Origin: Myxococcales bacterium
GTDB lineage: Bacteria > Myxococcota_A > Polyangia > Polyangiales > DASUME01
Direction of reading: 5' to 3'
NCBI GenBank assembly: GCA_047601445.1
Contig: JASGJH010000001.1
Coordinates: forward strand, 6,656,001 to 6,720,000
Length of the DNA stretch: 64,000 nucleotides
The notes below the pieces were generated by a model that searched no databases, was not told the origin of the DNA, and saw only the letters and a list, made by a program, of their open reading frames with translations. Of the stretch, positions 1 through 8,378 are shown piece after piece. Each line of letters opens with the position of its first letter. The first letter of the stretch is position 1. The position numbers were made by a program, and so were the translations under genes.

Positions 1-633
1 CTTGAGGTGGTTCTGGTGGCGGATCACCGCCGGGATCAACAGCACGCTCAGGCGCTCGCGCACGCGCGGGGCTTCGTAGCGGAAGAGCTTCCCGTCGAGT
101 GTGAAGAGGCGCGCCACGATGAGCTCGGACGCGTCGGGCGCCTTCTGTGCCTCGAGCGCGCGGAGCAGCGCGAGTAGCTCGGCGCCCAGCACCATGCCCG
201 GTGTGCGGCTTTGCTCCAACGCGGGCAGCACGCCTTGGGCGAGATCGACCGGGGCCTCGGGGGCGTCCACGCCCTGGACCTTGCGGAAGCTGCTCCACGC
301 CGCGAGCACACCTTCGTGGTCGAAGGTGGCCTGGCCGAGGGCGCTCAAGCGGGCGCTGATGGCAGGGAGGGCGTCGGGCCCGAGCGCGCGCAGGGACTCG
401 AAGGCTGCGCGCCGAGTGGCGCGGTCGGGGCTGCCCAGGCTGCGCGCGAGGGAGTCGAGCTCGAGGCGCGTGGGGGCCGTGCTGGCTTCGAGCGGGCTCG
501 CGCTGGACGGGGTGGACTCCGCGTGGGCCACTCCGGGGGCGGAAGCGAGGGCGAGGGCGAGGGCGAGGGTAGCGAACCTCGCGGTGGGGCGGGTCCCGGC
601 GCAACTTTGCCGCGACGGGCGGCGAGGGCGCAT
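1..633 (-). CDS. Exported hypothetical protein, helical/HEAT-like, runs off the left edge of the window
   Basis: Open frame from ATG at 633 (MRPRRPSRQS...TLALALALASAPGVAHAES, signal-peptide-like) to position 1. An alternative in-frame ATG at 675 overlaps the acyP stop. Confidence 0.6.
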   Translation of the reverse strand, partial: MRPRRPSRQSCAGTRPTARFATLALALALASAPGVAHAESTPSSASPLEASTAPTRLELDSLARSLGSPDRATRRAAFESLRALGPDALPAISARLSALGQATFDHEGVLAAWSSFRKVQGVDAPEAPVDLAQGVLPALEQSRTPGMVLGAELLALLRALEAQKAPDASELIVARLFTLDGKLFRYEAPRVRERLSVLLIPAVIRHQNHLK

Positions 634-671
634 GCCCTCTCCGTCAGCACCGAGGGCGGTTCGCACCGCCC

Positions 672-950
672 TCATGGGACAATCCTGAAGTCGGCGAACT
701 CCCCGGTGTAGCTCCGCCAGCGTGTCTCTGTTTTCTCGACCCGCGCCGTGGCGGGGCCGTGTTGGGCCCAGGAGAGGAAGTCCTTCACCTGGTCCTCCTC
801 GCCCTCGACGACGCACTCGACGCCCATGTCGTGGCGGTTTTTGACCCAGCCGGTGAGCCCGAGCCGCTTGGCCTCGCGCTGCGCGGAGGCCCGGTAGTAG
901 ACCCCCTGGACCCGCCCGCGGACGATCAGATGTAAGCGCTTCTGGCCCAT
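672..950 (-). CDS. acyP: Acylphosphatase
   Basis: GRVQGVYYR and GWVKN motifs; 92 aa from MGQKRL. Confidence 0.93.
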   Translation of the reverse strand: MGQKRLHLIVRGRVQGVYYRASAQREAKRLGLTGWVKNRHDMGVECVVEGEEDQVKDFLSWAQHGPATARVEKTETRWRSYTGEFADFRIVP

Positions 951-1021
951 TATTGCTCTGGTTTGTGTACCCGTGTGCGATCCGCCTAGCAACTTTTGGC
1001 GTCTCGCCGGCGGGCACGACT

Positions 1022-1220
1022 GGGGGACGGTTTTCGCTTTTTCGGTTTCGGGGAGCCATATGGCCCAGGCGACGGTTTTCGCTTTTTCGTCGTCTCCGCT
1101 ACGGAATCATTGATGAAAATGCGCAACTTTGCGTTGAGCCGGGTTCCGAAGAGCGAAAGCGCGAAAACCGTCCCCTCGGCCGGGGCGCTGGAGTTTCCGA
1201 GAAACCGAGAACCGTCCCCC
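1022..1220. repeat. REP-like cluster of direct and inverted repeats
   Basis: GACGGTTTTCGCTTTTTCG at 1026-1044 and 1071-1089; perfect inverted copy GCGAAAACCGTCCCC at 1161-1175; partial inverted copy at 1201-1220. Confidence 0.75.
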
Positions 1221-1292
1221 CGTTGCGGGGGGCGGGTACGCGGGTTAGGTTAGCCGGCCTCGCTCCTATATCCGGAGCGGGAAGGAGACCCC

Positions 1293-1493
1293 ATGAAGCC
1301 CGAAATTCATCCCGATTATAAGGAGGCCACCATCACCTGCGCGTGTGGTTCGGCCGTCCAGACCCACTCAACCGGCGGATCCTTCTCCGTCGATATCTGC
1401 AGCCAGTGCCACCCGTTCTACACGGGTAAGCAGCGCATCGCAGACACCGCGGGTCGCGTCGAGCGCTTCAAGCGCAAGTACGGGAAGCAGTAG
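1293..1493 (+). CDS. rpmE: 50S ribosomal protein L31, Zn-binding (Cys-containing) form
   Basis: [39 protein letters not shown] ribosome-binding site upstream. Confidence 0.97.
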   Translation: MKPEIHPDYKEATITCACGSAVQTHSTGGSFSVDICSQCHPFYTGKQRIADTAGRVERFKRKYGKQ

Positions 1494-1595
1494 CCGGGTT
1501 CATCGGTTTTCCCCGCATGTGCCCTGCCCGTGCGCTCCCGTAGCGCACCTCAAACGGGCACGGGCACTTCGTGTTTAACCGAACCTGAGAGCGAA

Positions 1596-2636
1596 ATGAG
1601 CGAGCCAGCAAAGCCGTACATTGGTGGTCAGGCCGTGATCGAGGGCGTGATGATGCGCGCCCCCAAGTGCCTGACGGTGGCGGTGCGTCGTCCCGACGGA
1701 TCCATCGCGGTCCGCGAGGGGCCCCTGCGCGCCAAACTGTTGAACGGTCCGCTCAGCAAGGTCCCGGGCCTGCGCGGCGTGGTGATGCTGGTGGAGTCGC
1801 TCTCACTCGGCTACGGCGCGCTGCGCTTCTCGGCCGAGCAGCAGATGACCGAGGAGGAGCGCAAGCAAGCCGGCGACGGTGGAGGCGCGGCCTTCATCTC
1901 GCTGGTGTTCGCGCTCGGGCTCTTCATGTTGCTACCCCAGGGGCTCACCTCGGGTCTGGCCAAGCTCATCGGCGCCCAGTGGGACCTGCAGTCGCCCGCC
2001 TTCCACGCCATCACGGGCGGCTTCAAGCTGCTGGTGTTCTCGGCGTATCTCGCGCTGATCAGCCGCTTCGAAGAAGTGCGCCGCGTGTTCCAGTATCACG
2101 GCGCCGAACACAAGACGATCTTCGCCTACGAGGCCGGCCTGCCGCTCAACGTGGAGAACGTGCGCAAGCAGTCCACGCTGCACCCACGCTGCGGCACCAC
2201 GTTCCTGGTAATCGTCATCGGCGTGTCCATCTTGCTCGGCGCCACCGTGACCCCGCTGCTCTTGCCCAACGCACAGGGCACCGTGGGCTGGATCCTCACC
2301 CTGCTCTTGCGCGTGGCGCTGCTGCCCTTCGTGGCAGCCATCTCGTACGAGCTGCAGCGCTTTTCGGCGCGGTACTGCACCACGGGGCCGCTGCGTGTGC
2401 TGCTCTATCCGGGCTTTCTGTTCCAGAAGATCACCACCCGTGAGCCCGACGATCAGCAGCTCGAGATCGCCATCGCGGCCATGGAAGTGGCGCGCGTGGG
2501 CGAGGAGAGCGCCCTGCGTGAGGCGCAGGCCAGCGCGCAACACGAGGCCACGCCCGATCGCGTGCATGTATTTCCGACCTTTGCGGGGGTTGCCGCCGCG
2601 GTCGATCGAGGACTCGCCCCCCAGATGGCGGAGTGA
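1596..2636 (+). CDS. DUF1385 membrane protein
   Basis: IGGQAVIEGVMMR, FQYHGAEHKTI, HPRCGTTF, TTREPDD motifs; typical position between rpmE and prfA. Confidence 0.9.
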   Translation: MSEPAKPYIGGQAVIEGVMMRAPKCLTVAVRRPDGSIAVREGPLRAKLLNGPLSKVPGLRGVVMLVESLSLGYGALRFSAEQQMTEEERKQAGDGGGAAFISLVFALGLFMLLPQGLTSGLAKLIGAQWDLQSPAFHAITGGFKLLVFSAYLALISRFEEVRRVFQYHGAEHKTIFAYEAGLPLNVENVRKQSTLHPRCGTTFLVIVIGVSILLGATVTPLLLPNAQGTVGWILTLLLRVALLPFVAAISYELQRFSARYCTTGPLRVLLYPGFLFQKITTREPDDQQLEIAIAAMEVARVGEESALREAQASAQHEATPDRVHVFPTFAGVAAAVDRGLAPQMAE

Positions 2637-2645
2637 AGGCGCAGC

Positions 2646-3719
2646 ATGTTGCCGATCCGAAAGTTGGAGTCGCTCGCGGCGCGCTTCGCCGAACTCGAGG
2701 AGCTCCTCTGTCAGCCCCACATCCTGTCGGACGCCAAGAAGTACACCGAGCTCAATCGTGAGCGCGCCGACTTGAACGAGCTGGTGCAGACCTTTTCGCG
2801 CTACCAGACCACCACGAAGCAGCTGGCCGACGACCGCGCGGCGCTCGCGGACCCCGAGTTGCGCGAGCTGGCCGAGCTCGAGATCCCCGAGCTCGAGCAG
2901 AAACTCATCGAGCTCGAGGCCGCGATCAACCTGCTGCTTCTGCCGAGCGACCCCAACGACGCCCGCAACACCGTGCTCGAAATTCGCGCCGGCACCGGCG
3001 GCGAGGAGGCGGCGCTGTTCGCGGCCGACCTCTTCCGGATGTACTCGCGCTACGCCGAAGGCCGCCGCTGGAAGGTGGAAGTGCTCTCCTTGAGCGAAGC
3101 GGCCGCAGGCGGCCTCAAGGAGATCGTGGCCCTGGTGAGCGGCGAGCGGGTCTACTCCCAGCTGCGCTTCGAGGCTGGCGTGCACCGCGTCCAGCGCGTG
3201 CCCGCCACCGAGGCCCAGGGGCGTATCCACACCTCCACCGCCACCGTGGCCGTGCTGCCCGAGGCGGAGGATGTGGATGTGGAGATCCGTGAAGAAGATC
3301 TCGAAATCCAGAGCACGCACTCCGGCGGTCCCGGGGGCCAGCACGTGAACACCACGAACTCGGCCGTGCAGCTCTTCCACAAGCCCTCGGGCATCATGAT
3401 CAAGTGCCAAGAGGAGCGCTCACAGCACAAGAACAAGGCACGAGCGCTCAAGATTCTGCGCTCCAAGCTGCTCTCGGCGGCCCAGGAAGCCCACGACAAG
3501 GCCATCGCGGACGAGCGTCGCGGGATGGTCGGCTCGGGCGAGCGCTCGGAGAAGATCCGAACGTACAACTATCCGCAGAATCGTGTGACGGATCACCGCA
3601 TTGGGCTGACTCTCCACCAGCTAGACGCGATTGTTCAGGGCGATGTCGAAACCCTGTTCAGCGCCCTCCGGCAGCACCATCAGGCGGCCCTGCTGGAGGC
3701 TCAACAGAATAAGAGCTAA
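2646..3719 (+). CDS. prfA: Peptide chain release factor 1
   Basis: GGQ motif (GGPGGQHVN), RF1-type PxT (RVPATE), EIRAGTGGEEA, RSEKIRTYNYPQNRVTDHRI. Confidence 0.97.
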   Translation: MLPIRKLESLAARFAELEELLCQPHILSDAKKYTELNRERADLNELVQTFSRYQTTTKQLADDRAALADPELRELAELEIPELEQKLIELEAAINLLLLPSDPNDARNTVLEIRAGTGGEEAALFAADLFRMYSRYAEGRRWKVEVLSLSEAAAGGLKEIVALVSGERVYSQLRFEAGVHRVQRVPATEAQGRIHTSTATVAVLPEAEDVDVEIREEDLEIQSTHSGGPGGQHVNTTNSAVQLFHKPSGIMIKCQEERSQHKNKARALKILRSKLLSAAQEAHDKAIADERRGMVGSGERSEKIRTYNYPQNRVTDHRIGLTLHQLDAIVQGDVETLFSALRQHHQAALLEAQQNKS

Positions 3720-3734
3720 AGAAAACCCCAGGCC

Positions 3735-4346
3735 ATGCAGGCTCGTACCAAGCGCCGAGACGGACGTATCAGTCGTTACTCCGAGGCCTCCGTGCCCACG
3801 GAATACGGCGACATGCGCGTCGTCGTGTATCACGAGGCGGGCACCCACCACGAACACGCAGCCATCGTGTACGGCGACGTGCAAGGCAAGAGCGCGGTGC
3901 TCGTGCGGGTTCACAGCGAGTGCTTCACCGGTGAGGTCCTGCACTCCCTCAAGTGCGACTGCCGCGAGCAGCTCGACTACGCGCTGCGCGCCATCGTGGC
4001 CGAGGGAGCGGGAGCCGTGGTGTACCTGCGCCAGGAAGGTCGCGGCATCGGGCTCGGCAACAAGATCCGCGCCTATGCCCTGCAGAAGGAGCACGGTGCG
4101 GACACCGTGGACGCCAACCGCATGCTCGGCTTCGAGGACGACCTACGCGCGTACCACGCTGCCGCGGAGATGTTCGCCGACCTCGGCATTCAGTCGCTGC
4201 GCCTGCTGACCAACAACCCCGCCAAGGTGGACGCGCTGCGCCACGAGGGGCTGAGCGTCGAACGCGTGCCCGTGACCATCGAGCCGGGCGACCACAACAA
4301 GGACTATATCCACACGAAGCGGCAGAGGATGGGTCACCTCCCCTGA
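3735..4346 (+). CDS. ribA: GTP cyclohydrolase II (stand-alone)
   Basis: RVHSECFTGE, CDC, YLRQEGRGIGLGNKIRAY, LLTNNP. Confidence 0.93.
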   Translation: MQARTKRRDGRISRYSEASVPTEYGDMRVVVYHEAGTHHEHAAIVYGDVQGKSAVLVRVHSECFTGEVLHSLKCDCREQLDYALRAIVAEGAGAVVYLRQEGRGIGLGNKIRAYALQKEHGADTVDANRMLGFEDDLRAYHAAAEMFADLGIQSLRLLTNNPAKVDALRHEGLSVERVPVTIEPGDHNKDYIHTKRQRMGHLP

Positions 4347-4547
4347 GGGATGGGTTGGCGGCCGAGGTTGCGACGGCGACGATCCCTACGCCGCAGCCAA
4401 CCACCACCGACGATCGGCGGCTGCCCTCCTGTGCGTCGAGGCTTCGGTGTCATCTCCGTAACACGCTCTCTCCCCCTGCAACATGCGTGTGCCAAGACTG
4501 CCGCATCCCTACCCGGCGCGCGAGGGCTGCACTAGATCGCGCTCGCA

Positions 4548-5774
4548 ATGGGACGTCGTCAGCGCCCGTCGAGGCCGTGTAGTTGCATCCTTTCAGCACG
4601 TGCGCTGCTGCTCTTCTCGCTCTCGATTCTCGTCGCATGCTCCGCCTCCGAGACGGTGAAGCCTGCGCGCGGCGCCACGCTCGATGAAGCGCGCGCACGC
4701 GACGCGGTCTCCACGTACGCAGCCATCGCCCACGCCAGCTACCAAGATTCGCTCGCGACGGCGCGCGTACTCGACGAGAAAATCGGCGCCTTCCTGAGCG
4801 CGCCCTCCGCGGAGAGCCAGGAGGCCGCCAAGCAGGCCTGGCTCGCTGCGCGCGTGCCCTACGTACAGACCGAAGTCTTTCGCTTCTACGACGGCCCCAT
4901 CGATCGCGTGGAGCTGTGGGTCAACACGTGGCCCATCGACGAGAATTTCGTGGATAGCAGCGATCCCAGCCTGCCACCTGGAGTGATCGGCGACCGCGCG
5001 CACTATCCGCAGCTCGACGAGGCCCTGCTGCTCAAGCTCAACGGAGCGAGCAGTGAGACCAGCATCAGCACGGGCTATCACGTGATCGAATTCTTGCTGT
5101 GGGGGCAGGACACCAACCCGGGCGGCCCCGGCGCGCGTGCTTTCAGTGACTTCGTGGGCGAACAGGGCAGCGTCCAGGTACGTCGCGGCGAATACCTCCG
5201 CGTCGCCTCGGGCCTCCTGGTGAAGCAACTCTCTGAGGTGGCCGCAGAGTGGGCGCCCGGCGTGAGCACCAACTTTCGCGCCCGTCTCGCCACCATGCCC
5301 GTGCGCAACGCGCTCGGTTTGATGTTCAAGGGTATGGGTGCGCTGTCGGGACCCGAGCTCGCGGGCGAGCGTCTCACGGTGGCCTACGAGACCAAGGATC
5401 AGGAGAACGAACACTCCTGCTTCAGCGACAGCACTCAGCGCGACATGGTCGGGGATGCCTATGGCGTCGAGAACCTGTGCCTCGGTCGCTACGGACGCGA
5501 CACGCTGGGACCCGGCTTGTGCGAGCTGGTGAAGTCGGTGGACGCCAGTTTGGGCGAGACCCTGCAGCGCCAGATCCGCGCGAGCGTGGCGGCTGCCCGG
5601 ACCATCCCAGCTCCCTTCGATCAGGCGATTTTGGGGCCCGACACCGAGCCGGGTCGCACGGCGATCCTCAAGACGATCCGCGCGCTCGAGGCGCAAACCA
5701 CCTCCATCGCTCAGAGCGCCAGCGCGCTCGGCGCCGACCTGGGGCTCGCGACGGCCAAGGCGGGCGCCCCATGA
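4548..5774 (+). CDS. Imelysin-family (IrpA/IcmP-like) lipoprotein
   Basis: Lipobox LVAC, AWLAARVPY, canonical GYHVIEFLLWGQD, EHSCFSD. Start uncertain. Confidence 0.87.
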   Translation: MGRRQRPSRPCSCILSARALLLFSLSILVACSASETVKPARGATLDEARARDAVSTYAAIAHASYQDSLATARVLDEKIGAFLSAPSAESQEAAKQAWLAARVPYVQTEVFRFYDGPIDRVELWVNTWPIDENFVDSSDPSLPPGVIGDRAHYPQLDEALLLKLNGASSETSISTGYHVIEFLLWGQDTNPGGPGARAFSDFVGEQGSVQVRRGEYLRVASGLLVKQLSEVAAEWAPGVSTNFRARLATMPVRNALGLMFKGMGALSGPELAGERLTVAYETKDQENEHSCFSDSTQRDMVGDAYGVENLCLGRYGRDTLGPGLCELVKSVDASLGETLQRQIRASVAAARTIPAPFDQAILGPDTEPGRTAILKTIRALEAQTTSIAQSASALGADLGLATAKAGAP

Positions 5775-7156
5775 TGCAAGGCTGGTCGTGGTTGTGCGCA
5801 GCGCTCGCCCTGGCGCCGCTCGCAAGTGCGTGCAGTGAACGCGCTCATGCCTCGTCGGAGCCGCGCTCAGGCGGCGCCGCCACCGTATTCGACGCCACGC
5901 GCGACGCCTTCAGCTTGCCGGTTCCAGAGCTCACCGAGGTCCAGCGCGCACAATTCTTCGTGGGCAACTCGTTCTTCAACCAGAACTGGGTCGCCGCGCC
6001 CGCCAGCGTGCCCGAACGCGACGGCTTGGGCCCGCTGTTCAACGCTCGCTCTTGCTCGGGCTGCCACTTCAAGGACGGCCGAGGGCGACCTCCGGAACCT
6101 GGTGAGCCCTTCGTGAGCATGTTGTTGCGCATCGGCGTGCCCGGCCTCGACGAGCACGGCGCACCGCGCGGCCACGAAGTCTATGGCGATCAGCTGCAGG
6201 GATCGGCGCTGCCTGCGCTCGCCAGCGAAGGGGACGCGCGCGTGAGCTACAGCCCCGTCGAGCGACGCTTCGCGGACGGTGAGTCGTATCAGCTGCTCGC
6301 ACCGAGCTACCGCATCGACAATCCGGGCTACGGCCCGCTGCCGAGCGATCTGCGGATCTCGCCCCGCGTGGCGCCGATGATGGCTGGACTCGGTCTGCTC
6401 GAGGCGGTGCCCGAAGCGACGCTGCGGACACTGAGCGACGAGCAGGATCGCGACGGGGATGGCATCTCGGGTCGCTTGAACATGGTCTGGGATCAGGCTG
6501 CCCAACGGCAGGCGCCAGGACGCATGGGATGGAAGGCCGAGCAGCCTTCGGTGCGCCAACAGATCGCCGGGGCGTTCCTGGGCGATATGGGGCTCTCGAG
6601 TGAGCTCTTCGCCGGCGACAATCACTCGCCCTCGCAGACTGCGGCACAGGCGTTTCCCGACGGCGGCAAGCCCGAGGTCAATCCGCGCACGCTCGAGAGC
6701 ATCACCGTGTACGCGCGAGCACTGGCGGTGCCAGCTCGACGTGACGTGCAGAACGAACAGGTCCTGCGCGGGGAGCATCTATTCGCCGAGGCCAAGTGCA
6801 CGGCCTGCCACGTGTCCAACCTTCGCACCGGCAAGGTGCAGGATCTGGCAGCCCTCTCGGACCAGCTCATTCATCCCTACACGGACATGCTCTTGCACGA
6901 TATGGGCGAAGCGCTCTCGGACGCGCGCCCCAGCTTCCTCGCCGAGGGCAGCGAGTGGCGGACGCCGCCGCTCTGGGGCATCGGACTCGTGCGCAAGGTC
7001 AACGGACACACCCGCTTTCTGCACGACGGCCGCGCCCGTGACCTGCGCGAAGCCGTGCTGTGGCACGGCGGCGAGGCCAATGCGTCGCGCAGCGCTTTCG
7101 AGCGCATGCCGCGCGAAGACCGTGCCGCCCTGATCACCTTCTTGGAATCGCTATGA
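5771..7156 (+). CDS. Di-heme oxidoreductase (DHOR/DUF1111) family lipoprotein
   Basis: Two CxxCH motifs (CSGCH, CTACH), DGLGPLFN, DRDGDGISGR, WRTPPLWGIG, LHDGRAR; ATGA overlap with the upstream gene. Confidence 0.9.
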   Translation: MMQGWSWLCAALALAPLASACSERAHASSEPRSGGAATVFDATRDAFSLPVPELTEVQRAQFFVGNSFFNQNWVAAPASVPERDGLGPLFNARSCSGCHFKDGRGRPPEPGEPFVSMLLRIGVPGLDEHGAPRGHEVYGDQLQGSALPALASEGDARVSYSPVERRFADGESYQLLAPSYRIDNPGYGPLPSDLRISPRVAPMMAGLGLLEAVPEATLRTLSDEQDRDGDGISGRLNMVWDQAAQRQAPGRMGWKAEQPSVRQQIAGAFLGDMGLSSELFAGDNHSPSQTAAQAFPDGGKPEVNPRTLESITVYARALAVPARRDVQNEQVLRGEHLFAEAKCTACHVSNLRTGKVQDLAALSDQLIHPYTDMLLHDMGEALSDARPSFLAEGSEWRTPPLWGIGLVRKVNGHTRFLHDGRARDLREAVLWHGGEANASRSAFERMPREDRAALITFLESL

Positions 7157-8250
7157 GGAACGAGGTCTCGCGGGAGATGCATCGCAGAGCTTTCTTGCGG
7201 CAGTTGGCCGCCTCGAGCGCCGCCCTGTACGGCGCAACCCTGTGGTCGGCCTGCTCGCATCCCCCCTCGCGCAAGGAAGTGCTCGCGGCCCTGGTGCAAG
7301 ACGTCGTCGTGCCCGACGTGCGGGCGCTGGCCAAGGAGAGCCAAGCACTCGAGGTCAGCGCCACGGCCTTCGCGCGCGCGCCGTCCCAGGCGGGACTCGA
7401 TGCGCTGCAAGCCCAGTGGAAGCGCTGCCTGCTCGCCTGGAAGAAGGGCTTCGCCTTTCGAGCGGGACCCATCGTGGAGTCCAACGCGCTTCTACGCACC
7501 ATGTTCTGGCCCGTGCGCAGCCGCGAGATCGACAGCTTGATCGGCGGCGCCCAGGCGATCACCGATTCGTTCGTCGAGCAGCTCGGGGTGGACCTCAAAG
7601 GGTTGTTCGCTCTGGAGCACCTGTTGTTCGATCCGCCGCAGGCGGGCCAGGGGCCGCTCGAGCGCTTCATGGGGTCGGGTGGCGCGCGCGCCAGCGAGTA
7701 CGCTGTGGCCCTCGCCAAGAACGTGAACGCCTATGCAGACGACATGCAGGCGGCACTGGGGGACGGCGCCGCCTTCGCGCGCAGCTTCTCGGAGAGCACC
7801 GAGCAGAACTTGAACTCGCTGGTGAATCAGATGGTGTCCACGGTGGAGACCGTGGCTGTGCAGCGCCTGGGCTTCACACTCGAGCTGCTCAAGAACCAGC
7901 GCTTGTCGTCGGACAGCCTGGAGGGCGGCAAGAGCGGGCTGTCGACGCAGATCTCGGAGACCCTGCTGGCGACCACGGAGCGCCTCTATCTGGGCGTGAA
8001 TGGGCATGGGCTCGCGGCGCTCACGAAGCAGGCCTCGGAGCCTATCGAGGCGCGCGTGGGCGCGGCATTCGAGGGCGCGCGCAAGACGCTCGCGGCGCTC
8101 GGTGCTCCGCTCGAGCAAGCGGCCACCAAGACCTTGGGCAAGCTCGAGGGCGCGGCGGCGGCGGCGCGCGAGCTCGAGATCGCGCTCAAGGTCGATTTGG
8201 TGAGCGCGCTCGGTGTCACCTTGACCTTCACGCTAGGCGACGGCGACTGA
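7153..8250 (+). CDS. Second imelysin-family lipoprotein with twin-arginine-like signal
   Basis: RRAFL plus WSAC, FWP, KGLFALEHLLF, C-terminal GDGD; ATGA overlap with DHOR. Confidence 0.82.
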   Translation: MRNEVSREMHRRAFLRQLAASSAALYGATLWSACSHPPSRKEVLAALVQDVVVPDVRALAKESQALEVSATAFARAPSQAGLDALQAQWKRCLLAWKKGFAFRAGPIVESNALLRTMFWPVRSREIDSLIGGAQAITDSFVEQLGVDLKGLFALEHLLFDPPQAGQGPLERFMGSGGARASEYAVALAKNVNAYADDMQAALGDGAAFARSFSESTEQNLNSLVNQMVSTVETVAVQRLGFTLELLKNQRLSSDSLEGGKSGLSTQISETLLATTERLYLGVNGHGLAALTKQASEPIEARVGAAFEGARKTLAALGAPLEQAATKTLGKLEGAAAAARELEIALKVDLVSALGVTLTFTLGDGD

Positions 8251-8378
8251 ACGAAGCACGGCATTTCGTGAGCGCAGCGAACCTCGCGCGCAGGGTGGGG
8301 CCCGGCGCGTGAGGAAGCAAACCTCGCGGAGGGGGCGTGCGAGAACCGCGACGGGCGGGGAGGTCGCCTGACCTCTCG

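Noticed and set aside
3720..4547. FMN riboswitch near ribA, or Fur box upstream of the imelysin operon
   Set aside because: No RFN consensus and no AT-rich GATAAT-type palindrome is visible.
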